Shown piece after piece: positions 38,434 to 47,737 of a stretch of 64,000 bases of DNA. The stretch's first letter is position 1, and each line of letters opens with the position of its first letter. The stretch comes from Polyangiales bacterium (GTDB lineage Bacteria; Myxococcota_A; Polyangia; Polyangiales; Ga0077539). The translations under genes were made by a program, and so were the position numbers. A model generated the notes under the pieces. That model had not been told where the DNA came from. It saw only the letters and a list, made by a program, of their open reading frames with translations, and ran no database searches. The stretch covers positions 128,001-192,000 of the forward strand of contig JBGARZ010000015.1 of NCBI GenBank assembly GCA_044229975.1. Direction: 5' to 3'.

Positions 38434-38658
38434 ATGAGGAAGCCGTCTGTCGCCAACAGCCTGCGTGAGGAACTCGTCGCTCGTGACGTGGTGCGCTCGC
38501 CGGAGGAGTGCGTGGCGGACGCCTGGGCACTTGGCCAGGAGGCGATCGTGGCGTACGCGGCGGCGCACGGGGTGGGCAGACGCCGGGCGCGGGCGTTCAT
38601 CGAGGCGATGCGCGCGGCGGGGCGCAAGCCGTCGAGGGCGGCAGGGTCGCGACGATGA
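38434..38658 (+). CDS. Small hypothetical protein, putative antitoxin
   Basis: 74-aa helical ORF with ATGA overlap into the nucleotidyltransferase gene. Confidence 0.55.
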   Translation: MRKPSVANSLREELVARDVVRSPEECVADAWALGQEAIVAYAAAHGVGRRRARAFIEAMRAAGRKPSRAAGSRR

Positions 38659-39227
38659 CGAGGAGCGCGCTCGCCACGGCAGTGACCACGGCGCGAGCGA
38701 TCAGGGTCGATGTGGTGGTCATTGGTGCCACCGCTCTCGCGACTCATGGACTGGTTCGCTCGACCGCCGACCTCGACTTGTTGGCCAACGACGAGATGAT
38801 CATCACGGGCCGCGCATGGGAGGAGGCCCGCAAGGGGCCCATCGGCATCGACGTCCGCGCGGGCGACGCGATGGACCCGCTCCGCGGGGTTGTGCGCATC
38901 GGTCCGTCCGCACGCATGCCAGTCGACATCGTCGTGATCACGGCACCATGGGCACGCCGCATCGTCGCGAGGGCAGTCAGCGTCGACGGGTTGAGACGCG
39001 TGTTTGGAGGGATCGAACTGCCGGTGGCGCGCCTGTCCGACATCGCGTTGCTCAAGCTCTACGCGGCTGCGACCGACGACGTCGAGGACGCCGAACTCTT
39101 CCTCCGACACCCGTCGGCGAGCACGGTCATCGCAGAAGTCTCCGAGGAGATCGAACGTCTGCCGCGCGACTGTCGCGAGCGCTGGGCGCGCCTGGAGCCT
39201 CGCTGGAGGGCGCGCCTGGCGGGTTAG
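38655..39227 (+). CDS. Pol-beta-fold nucleotidyltransferase (AbiEii/DUF6036-like), putative toxin
   Basis: VVIGATALATHG..RSTADLDLL, plus LLKL...DVED. Confidence 0.75.
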   Translation: MTRSALATAVTTARAIRVDVVVIGATALATHGLVRSTADLDLLANDEMIITGRAWEEARKGPIGIDVRAGDAMDPLRGVVRIGPSARMPVDIVVITAPWARRIVARAVSVDGLRRVFGGIELPVARLSDIALLKLYAAATDDVEDAELFLRHPSASTVIAEVSEEIERLPRDCRERWARLEPRWRARLAG

Positions 39228-39276
39228 CAGTGGTGGTGTCGTTGACGCTCGCGCGGGGGCGGTGTTTCTTCCGACG

Positions 39277-41418
39277 ATGCGCTTGCTGGGGGTCTGGTGC
39301 TTCGTGGGAGTCCTGGGGCTGGTGCGACCGGCTTGGGGTTTCAACTACCCCGAGCACCGCGAGATCACGGCGTCGTCCATCAGGACACTGCTCGCTGAAG
39401 AAGATTGTGAGGGGCCGCGACCCGACCATCGCCTGTACGACATGCTCACCAGCCTCAGCGAAGTACTTCGCGACGGCCGAGAGGGGGCACTCCCGCTCTG
39501 TCGCGCCGAAAACTTCGCCGCGCCGCTCCAGGACGCGCCGCAGTGCTTCGATGCCGCCGACCTGCCCGCGCTCTCGGCCGACCACTCGTCGTCCCCGGCC
39601 GCGCTCATGCGCCGTTGGACCCGCTTTTCCGAGGAGACCTCCAGCGAGGTGGGCAACCTCTTCGTGGCGCTCCCGCGGCTCGACCGCGCCGATCGGTCCC
39701 CGTCGTATTGCAACGATGTCGAAGAGGTCTCCAATCCCGCCCTGCTCATCGAGGCGACGCGGGCCGCGCGCGTGGGGGCGCGCTACGCCGGGCCGGGCTC
39801 CATCGACGATCGCCTGGAGGTCGCTGACGCTGCGTACCTCTGCCTTGCGGAGTTCAGCCGCCCCCACTTCCGCCTCCCCGAGGTGCTGCCCATCGACGCC
39901 GCCCTCAGCGCTTCGGAAAACGCCGCGTCGGCCTACGCTCGGTACCACCTCGGCGCGCTCATCGTGGCCCAGTACGCCAACGAGGAAGCGTTCTCGAACC
40001 TCGATCGCACGCAGGTCGAGGGGCTCGCGCTCATGCTGGAGATGTATGCGCTCCACTTCCTGGAAGACAGCTTTGCGGCGGGGCACATCGTCACGCCGCG
40101 GCTGCACGTCGGCGACGCCGCCGCGCGCGCTTCGCACGACCGGACCAACCGAGAGGGCCTCTGGGTGCGGCTGCCCGACGCGCTCTGCCAGGAAGCGGAC
40201 AACGACCACTCGGGAGACGCGGTTCCCGCCGGGTTGCGCGATCGACACGATCGCGATGACCCATGGTCGCTCCTCTGGGCATGCGACCGCGAGCACACGC
40301 CACTGGCTAGCGATCCGCTGGACCGCGGTCGGGGAATCGTGCTCATCCACGGCGATCACGCCTTCATGGGGACGCGCCGTTCGCAACCCGACCAGGTGTC
40401 GTTCAACCTGGCACGCCTCGCGGTGACGGCGTCGTTGCGGGATGTGCGGGCGGTGCTTCGCGGCACGGCCGACCTCCCCAAGGTGACGCGCCGCTGGTCG
40501 GGAGGGGACCAGCTCCCCGCGCTCCACGGGCTCCGAGGTACCGACCTCTTGTCGACCTGGGACAACCATCTGTCGCACGATGTCCCCGGGTGGTCTTCGG
40601 CGCGCCTGCTACACGAGGCGGTGCGGGAGACTCGCATCGACGATGAGGTTGACGAGACCGTGCGACCGCTGCGGGCGCTGCTCATGCTCCCGACCCAGGC
40701 CGAGCTTCGCCCCGAGGAGCAGGCGCTGAGCGGCCTGACGCTGCGCGCTCGCTCAGGCGTCCACGCCCTCTATCGGCCGACGGGCACGCAGGCCGACAGT
40801 TGGAACCTCCTCCCTGAACTCGGGTTCGGCTTCTCGTTGGTGACGCCGCCACCGACGGGGTCGATGTATTTCCAGTTCGGCCTCGACTTCACCCTGACGC
40901 TGCCCACGCGCCTCAGCGACGCGAGCGGGAGCGTCGTACCGGGCTTCCCCTTTCCCACGGTGATTCCGTACTTCGGTGTCCATTGGCGGCGGACGCACAT
41001 CACGGTGGGGTGGCGCTTCTTCGACCCGCTGCTGGTCTTCGACGGGGAGGGTGACCCCGTGCTCCACCCGCTCGGCATGGGCGCAGAGGTCTCCGTGGGC
41101 GTACGCGCCGCGACGTGGAACTTCAGCGCTCTCGATGTGGACTTCGGGTTCCGCGTGACGGGCGACCTGCTCACGGGTGACACACACCTGGGCCCCGGGC
41201 TGGTGTTGCGGTTCAGCACCATCGCGTCGCGCGTCGGCGTCACGTCAGGCCGGGTTCCCTCGACGGGCGGGGAGCGTGACGAAGAAGACGACGAGGAGGT
41301 GGGCCTGCCCGAGCGCTTCAACGACACGACCCAAGGCGCGAGCGCACCAGCGCCCGTGCGAGCGCCGGTGCCCGTGCCAGCGCCGGTGCCATCGCGACGA
41401 CTGCCTTCGAGTGATTGA
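39277..41418 (+). CDS. Secreted Zn-dependent phospholipase C/P1-nuclease-like protein with beta-rich C-terminus
   Basis: Signal peptide then FNYPEH, ADH, YH, HFLEDSFAAGH and HDRTN..GL; amphipathic beta strands after about residue 480. Confidence 0.6.
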   Translation: MRLLGVWCFVGVLGLVRPAWGFNYPEHREITASSIRTLLAEEDCEGPRPDHRLYDMLTSLSEVLRDGREGALPLCRAENFAAPLQDAPQCFDAADLPALSADHSSSPAALMRRWTRFSEETSSEVGNLFVALPRLDRADRSPSYCNDVEEVSNPALLIEATRAARVGARYAGPGSIDDRLEVADAAYLCLAEFSRPHFRLPEVLPIDAALSASENAASAYARYHLGALIVAQYANEEAFSNLDRTQVEGLALMLEMYALHFLEDSFAAGHIVTPRLHVGDAAARASHDRTNREGLWVRLPDALCQEADNDHSGDAVPAGLRDRHDRDDPWSLLWACDREHTPLASDPLDRGRGIVLIHGDHAFMGTRRSQPDQVSFNLARLAVTASLRDVRAVLRGTADLPKVTRRWSGGDQLPALHGLRGTDLLSTWDNHLSHDVPGWSSARLLHEAVRETRIDDEVDETVRPLRALLMLPTQAELRPEEQALSGLTLRARSGVHALYRPTGTQADSWNLLPELGFGFSLVTPPPTGSMYFQFGLDFTLTLPTRLSDASGSVVPGFPFPTVIPYFGVHWRRTHITVGWRFFDPLLVFDGEGDPVLHPLGMGAEVSVGVRAATWNFSALDVDFGFRVTGDLLTGDTHLGPGLVLRFSTIASRVGVTSGRVPSTGGERDEEDDEEVGLPERFNDTTQGASAPAPVRAPVPVPAPVPSRRLPSSD

Positions 41419-41473
41419 ACAGCGCTCGGGCCGGTGGGCAACCCCGGCCCGCTCGTACTACAACGCCGCGCCT

Positions 41474-42583
41474 ATGGACGATTCGGACGACGGGGCGCGG
41501 GCGAAGCTGCCGGGGGTTGTTCCGCTGAAGAACCTCACGCGAGGCCACGTGTCGGTCGCGAAGGTGCTGCGCGGCTGGTACGTCGCGGCGCGCGCCGACG
41601 AGCTCACCGACAAGCCCCTCGCGGTGACCATCTGGGACATCCCGATGGTGCTCTTCCGCGGCGCGAGCGGGAAGCCCACGGCCCTGCTCGACCGCTGCCC
41701 CCACCGCAACGTTCCGCTCTCGCTGGGCCGCGTCGTCGACGCGCAGTTGGAGTGCGGCTATCACGGCTGGCGCTTCGGCGCGGACGGCGGTTGTCGCTTC
41801 GTCCCGTCGCGGGTGGGCGACGATGCGACGGACGGGCGGGCGCGGAAGGTCCCGTGGTTTCCGACGCGCGAGCTCGACGGCTTCATCTGGGTGTACCCGA
41901 CCCCCGAGGCGGCGCCCGACGAGGAGCCGTACCGCTTCGCGTACGTCGGCGCGAAGGGATACGACCACTCGTATTCGATGGTCACCGCGGAGAGCACCCT
42001 GCACGCCGCGATGGAGAACGCGCTCGACGTCCCGCACACGGCCTTCCTGCATAAGGGGCTGTTTCGGAGCGAGAGCCGCGGGGTGACCATCACCGCCGTC
42101 GTGCGCCGCGGGAAGGACCGCGTGGAGGCCGAGTACCTCGGAGAGACGCGACCGCCAGGATTGGTCGCGCGGCTGCTATCACCGTCGGGCGGTGAGGTGT
42201 CGCACTTCGATCGCTTCATCCTGCCGGGCATCGCCGAGGTCGAGTACCGGTTGGGCAATGAGAACCACCTGATGGTGGCCACCGCGATGACGCCGGTGTC
42301 GGACTTCGAGACGCGGTTGCATGCGGTGGTGAGCTTTCGGCTGAGGGTTCCGCACGCGGTGGTGAAGCGGGCGCTCAAGCCGCTGGCGATGCAGATCTTC
42401 AAGCAGGACTCGGTGATGCTGAAGGCGCAGACCGACGTGGTGCGGCGCTTCGGCGGTGAGCAGTTTGCGTCGACGGAGATCGACGTATTGGGTCGTCACA
42501 TCTGGCGACTTTTGAAGGCGGCCGAGCGCGGCGAAGTGCTGAAGGACGAGACGACGGAGGAGCGGGTCGAGCTGGTGGTGTAG
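41474..42583 (+). CDS. Rieske non-heme iron oxygenase alpha subunit (VanA-like)
   Basis: CPHR...CGYHGW, ENALDVPHTAFLH, QD. Confidence 0.92.
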   Translation: MDDSDDGARAKLPGVVPLKNLTRGHVSVAKVLRGWYVAARADELTDKPLAVTIWDIPMVLFRGASGKPTALLDRCPHRNVPLSLGRVVDAQLECGYHGWRFGADGGCRFVPSRVGDDATDGRARKVPWFPTRELDGFIWVYPTPEAAPDEEPYRFAYVGAKGYDHSYSMVTAESTLHAAMENALDVPHTAFLHKGLFRSESRGVTITAVVRRGKDRVEAEYLGETRPPGLVARLLSPSGGEVSHFDRFILPGIAEVEYRLGNENHLMVATAMTPVSDFETRLHAVVSFRLRVPHAVVKRALKPLAMQIFKQDSVMLKAQTDVVRRFGGEQFASTEIDVLGRHIWRLLKAAERGEVLKDETTEERVELVV

Positions 42584-42598
42584 GTCGGACCACCCGCC

Positions 42599-43081
42599 AT
42601 GCGCATCACGGACACACTCGCGCTCGCCTCGCTCTGCGCCGCGTGCGCGTCGACCGCTGCGCCCGTCGCGGTCGGTCCGTCGTCCGTCGCGCCTGCCCCG
42701 CCTGTGCCGCCATCGCGCTCAGCGGCGCCCGCACCACCGCCTCCGCCGACGCGCGATCACACCCTGGAGGTCGACGAGCTCCCACCCGCCTTCGCGCAGC
42801 TCTCTCCGCGCGATCGCGAGCGCTGGCACGCCTGCCACATCTTCTTCCTCGTCGACCGCCGCACCGGCGCGCCCACCGAGCGCTACGCCCCGACGCCGGG
42901 GAGCGTCTACCGCCCGCCCACGGAGCAGCACCTCGGCTTCAGCGTCACGGCCGCGCAATATGTCGCGGTCGCGGAGCCCGATCGCCGCGGCTTTCTCATC
43001 GGACACGGTTGCCCGGAGAGCCTCGTCGACCTCGCCGACGGGACGCATCTCGACATCGTCGAGTCCGCTCCGCAGCCGTAG
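42599..43081 (+). CDS. Hypothetical lipoprotein
   Basis: Lipobox CAAC and Pro-rich linker. Confidence 0.6.
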   Translation: MRITDTLALASLCAACASTAAPVAVGPSSVAPAPPVPPSRSAAPAPPPPPTRDHTLEVDELPPAFAQLSPRDRERWHACHIFFLVDRRTGAPTERYAPTPGSVYRPPTEQHLGFSVTAAQYVAVAEPDRRGFLIGHGCPESLVDLADGTHLDIVESAPQP

Positions 43082-43089
43082 CGCAGTGC

Positions 43090-43242
43090 CGTCGCGCCCG
43101 TCTGCCGCGGGTTGAAAACCCACGGCAGCCAAGGGAAAGCCCGCGTGGCGGGCTGCCCATGTGCGAGGGCATTGACCAACCCGCTGTGCGGGTTTTCCCT
43201 TGGCTGCCGTGGGTTTTCAACCCGCGGCAGACGGGCGCGACG
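43090..43242. repeat. Long inverted repeat (REP dimer) between convergent genes; probable bidirectional terminator
   Basis: 55-bp arms at 43090-43144/43188-43242 with 1 mismatch; each arm is itself palindromic (GGGTTGAAAACCC). Confidence 0.9.
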
Positions 43243-43268
43243 ACTTCAATGCGAGTGGCCTCAAGCCC

Positions 43269-44381
<1,113 letters not shown>

Positions 44382-44547
44382 GGTGACCCCGGGCGTTAGC
44401 AGAGGGTGACGCGGGGAGGGAAGATTCTCGCGGCCTGGTAGGGGCGTAGGTGACGACCGATCAGCTCCTGACGCATGATGGCCCCGCCTCATGGTGGACC
44501 CCCCTCCTCGTCGACGATCGCTGCTCGGCTCGCCGAGCACGCCCACC

Positions 44548-45168
44548 ATGCTCGCGCTCAATGGCCTCGGCATCACCGTCGCCGCAGCGCTCGCCCTCCA
44601 CCGCGGCGGCGTCTCGCTTCCGCGCGCGGCCCTCTTCGCCCTCCTGGGCGCCAACCTCTGGACGCTCGTCGAGTACGTCGTGCATCGCGCGCTGCTCCAC
44701 GGCGCCATGGCCCGCTCCCACGCGCGCCATCATCGCGAGCCGGCCAACGTCCGCTTCCTCCACGGTCCGCTCTCCGCGTGGGCCGTCACCTACGCCGTGT
44801 CCCTCGTCGGCCTCACCCTTTCGTTTGGCCTCGCTCGCGGGCTCTGGGCCTTCGTCGGGCTCAACGCCGCCTACGTGGTCTTCGAGCTCACCCACGCCGC
44901 CGTCCACGCCGACTTCAAGGCCCGTTGGTTTCGCCCCGCGCGGGTCTTCCACGCCTCCCACCACTACGGTCGCGTCACGCGCGCCTATGGCTTCTGCACG
45001 CCGTTCTGGGACTGGGTCTTCGGCACCCTCGGGCCCGCCCATCGCTTCCCGCGGCTCGCCCTCTGGCTCGTCCCGCTGCCCATCCCGATGGTGCACTTCG
45101 TCCTCGCCGCGGCCCTCGCCCCGATGCCCGATGCCGACGTCGTCGCCGACCCCGAAACCTCGGCCTGA
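44548..45168 (+). CDS. Fatty acid hydroxylase/sterol desaturase family protein
   Basis: His boxes HRALLH, HARHH, HAAVH, HASHH and WDWVFGT; alternative start at 44491. Confidence 0.85.
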   Translation: MLALNGLGITVAAALALHRGGVSLPRAALFALLGANLWTLVEYVVHRALLHGAMARSHARHHREPANVRFLHGPLSAWAVTYAVSLVGLTLSFGLARGLWAFVGLNAAYVVFELTHAAVHADFKARWFRPARVFHASHHYGRVTRAYGFCTPFWDWVFGTLGPAHRFPRLALWLVPLPIPMVHFVLAAALAPMPDADVVADPETSA

Positions 45169-45263
45169 CCCGGCCCACGCCTTGCTCAAACGCCTCGCAG
45201 TACCCTTCGCCACCGCGGACTTGAGCCACGTTGGCACAATCCGGTTAGGCTCTCGCGACCGCC

Positions 45264-46562
45264 ATGACAGACCTCGGCCCACGCCCGCGCTCGCTCCCCA
45301 TCGCCCCGACCGCGGCGCCCGCCCGGCGCAACCTCCCGCTGGCCAACGAGACCCGCGCCATCGATCAGCGCTGGCGGCCCATCTACGCCGTCTGGGAGAT
45401 CACGCTGCGGTGTGACCTCTCGTGCCGCCACTGCGGCTCGCGCGCGGGTCGTACGCGACCCGACGAGCTCACCACCGAGGAGTGTCTCGACCTCGTGAAG
45501 CAGATGGCCGAGCTCGGCACCAAGGAGGTCACCCTCATCGGCGGCGAGGCGTACCTCCGCGACGACTGGACCGACATCGCCCGTGCCGTTCGCGCCCACG
45601 GCATGGACTGCACGATGACCACCGGCGGCCGCGGCCTCACCTACGAGCGCGTCGTCGCCGCGAAGGAAGCGGGCATCCGCAGCGTGAGCGTCAGCGTCGA
45701 CGGGCTCGAAGAGACCCACGACGCGCTGCGCGGCGTGAAGGGGAGCTTCCGCTCGGCCTTCGAGGCGATGGGTCACCTGAAGCGGGCGGGCATTCCGTTC
45801 TCGGCCAACTCGCAGTTCGGCCGCAAGAGCATCAAGGAGATGCCGGCGGTGTTCGATCGTCTCGTCGAGGCGGGCATCCACTCGTGGCAGACGCAGATCA
45901 CCGTCGCCATGGGGCGCGCCGTCGACGAGCCCGAGCTGTTGCTGGAGCCCTACCAGATGCTCGAAGTGCTCGCGATGCTGGCGCGGCTCAAGCCCGTCGC
46001 CGACGCCAACCGCGTGCGCATCTGGCCGGGCAACAACATCGGGTACTTCGGCCCCTACGAGACGCTCCTTCGCGGAACGCTCCCGCGCGGCCACATGGCC
46101 TCCTGCGGCGCCGGGCGTTCGACGCTCGGCATCGAGGCCGATGGGTCCATCAAGGGGTGCCCGTCGCTGCCGACGCTGGAGTACACGGGCGGCAACATCC
46201 GCGACACGTCACTGAAGGACATCTGGGAGCGATCGGCCCCGCTGCGCTTCACGCGCGACCGCACCGTCGAAGACCTCTGGGGTCACTGCCGTGACTGCTA
46301 CTACAACGACACCTGCCGCGCGGGCTGCTCGTGGACCACGCACGTTCTCCTGGGCAGACCGGGCAACAACCCGTTCTGCCATCACCGCGCGCTGGAGCTG
46401 CTGCGCAAGGGCCGTCGTGAGCGGGTGGTTCGCGTGCAGGCCGCGCCGGGTGAGCCCTTCGATCACGGGCTCTTCGACATCGTCGAAGAGGACTGGCCCG
46501 CCGACGAACTCGAGAGAGCCCAACGACTCGCGGAGACCGGCGAAGGCTGGCTCACGGACTGA
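45264..46562 (+). CDS. Radical SAM/SPASM peptide maturase 1 (PlpX/splicease-like)
   Basis: WEITLRCDLSCRHCGSRAG, IGGEAYLR, PGNNIGYFGP, SPASM cysteines CGAG..GCPSL..CxxC..C...C..NNPFC. Confidence 0.9.
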   Translation: MTDLGPRPRSLPIAPTAAPARRNLPLANETRAIDQRWRPIYAVWEITLRCDLSCRHCGSRAGRTRPDELTTEECLDLVKQMAELGTKEVTLIGGEAYLRDDWTDIARAVRAHGMDCTMTTGGRGLTYERVVAAKEAGIRSVSVSVDGLEETHDALRGVKGSFRSAFEAMGHLKRAGIPFSANSQFGRKSIKEMPAVFDRLVEAGIHSWQTQITVAMGRAVDEPELLLEPYQMLEVLAMLARLKPVADANRVRIWPGNNIGYFGPYETLLRGTLPRGHMASCGAGRSTLGIEADGSIKGCPSLPTLEYTGGNIRDTSLKDIWERSAPLRFTRDRTVEDLWGHCRDCYYNDTCRAGCSWTTHVLLGRPGNNPFCHHRALELLRKGRRERVVRVQAAPGEPFDHGLFDIVEEDWPADELERAQRLAETGEGWLTD

Positions 46563-46580
46563 AAGAGGAGACCCACGTCG

Positions 46581-47141
46581 ATGTATCAACCGCTCGCCCC
46601 CTGTCCCGGATGCGCCCGCCACGTGAGGGTCGCCGACCGGAGCTGTCCCTTCTGCGGGACCTCCTTCGCGTCGGCCCTGATCCCGCAGCCCGGCGTCGAC
46701 GCGCGCCGTCGGCTCTCGCGCGCGGCGCTCGTGACCTTCGCCGCCACGCTGGGCGCGGCGGGCTGCGGTGCCACCGTGACCAACACCGACGCGGGCGGCA
46801 CCCTCGACGTCGGTGCGGCGGTCGATCGACCCGTCGCGGTCGACAACGGCGCGCGCGACGCGGGCACACCCGACACTGGCTTCGTGACCCGCGACTCGGG
46901 CGCGCCGGACGACCACGGCGGCCCCGTGGCGGCGTACGGCGGGCCCTTTCCGACCGACGCAGGACCGCCCGACGACGAGGGCAACAGCAGCGCGGACTAC
47001 GGCTCGCCGCCGCCGCGCGACGCGGGCAACGGACCCGACGACGACGGCGGCAGCGCGGCGGAGTACGGCGCGCCGCCCGGTGACAGCGGCTTCTTCCCGC
47101 TGTACGGCTCGCCCCCGCGACCCGACGACGCAGGACTTTGA
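46581..47141 (+). CDS. Putative rSAM substrate 1: Zn-ribbon, lipoprotein signal, 4 XYG motifs
   Basis: C8/C11/C22/C25, RLSR-hydrophobic-GC62, YG at Y119/Y140/Y162/Y175; GAGGAG RBS. Confidence 0.8.
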   Translation: MYQPLAPCPGCARHVRVADRSCPFCGTSFASALIPQPGVDARRRLSRAALVTFAATLGAAGCGATVTNTDAGGTLDVGAAVDRPVAVDNGARDAGTPDTGFVTRDSGAPDDHGGPVAAYGGPFPTDAGPPDDEGNSSADYGSPPPRDAGNGPDDDGGSAAEYGAPPGDSGFFPLYGSPPRPDDAGL

Positions 47142-47201
47142 CAGGGCGGGTGCGCCCGTACTTTCTTCCCACACCCACTAACGCTTGAAAGGAGACTCTT
47201 C

Positions 47202-47735
47202 ATGGCAGCTTCACTGGTTCCTTGTCCCTCGTGCGCGCGGCACGTTCGTTCGACGGAGGGCGCTTGTCCCTTCTGTCGCACGGCGCTGTCGTCCAACCTC
47301 GCCGCCCGCGCGGTGCCCGGCACCACCCAGCGCCTGAGCCGCGCCGCCGCGTTCACCTTCGCGGCCTCCCTCGCCGCCACCGGTTGCGCGAGCGACCCGG
47401 TTCCGAGCGACGCCGCGACCACCACCGACGTCGGAACCGACTCCGGCACCGTCACCGACCGCGGCAACCCCACCGACACGCAGACCCCGGCCGACGTGCA
47501 GACCCCGGCCGATGTGCAGACGGTCACCGACAGCGGCCCGCAGGACAGCGGCGGCGGGATGGCCCTCTACGGCGGCCCTCCGGTGGACAGCGGAACGCAG
47601 ACCGACGGCGGCACCGATCCCGAGGACGGCGGCGGCGTGGCTCCGCTCTACGGCCTGCCCCCGCCCGACGCGGGTCAGGACGGCAGCATCGGTGTTCGCT
47701 ACGGTTCTCCGCCCCGGCCCGACGCCGGGGTCTGA
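47202..47735 (+). CDS. Putative rSAM substrate 2: Zn-ribbon, lipoprotein signal, 3 XYG motifs
   Basis: C8/C11/C22/C25, RLSR-hydrophobic-GC62, YG at Y123/Y150/Y167; AAAGGAG RBS. Confidence 0.8.
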   Translation: MAASLVPCPSCARHVRSTEGACPFCRTALSSNLAARAVPGTTQRLSRAAAFTFAASLAATGCASDPVPSDAATTTDVGTDSGTVTDRGNPTDTQTPADVQTPADVQTVTDSGPQDSGGGMALYGGPPVDSGTQTDGGTDPEDGGGVAPLYGLPPPDAGQDGSIGVRYGSPPRPDAGV

Positions 47736-47737
47736 TC

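Noticed and set aside
45231..45250. TGGCAC as a sigma54 promoter for the rSAM cassette
   Set aside because: No TTGC at the -12 position
47138..47164. TTGACA...TACTTT internal promoter before precursor 2
   Set aside because: The spacer is only 15 bp; possible but not supportable
46581..47735. Precursors as sactipeptide/ranthipeptide or Tat substrates
   Set aside because: The cysteines are confined to a CxxC-CxxC ribbon and a lipobox, not a core region; a twin-arginine consensus is absent in precursor 2
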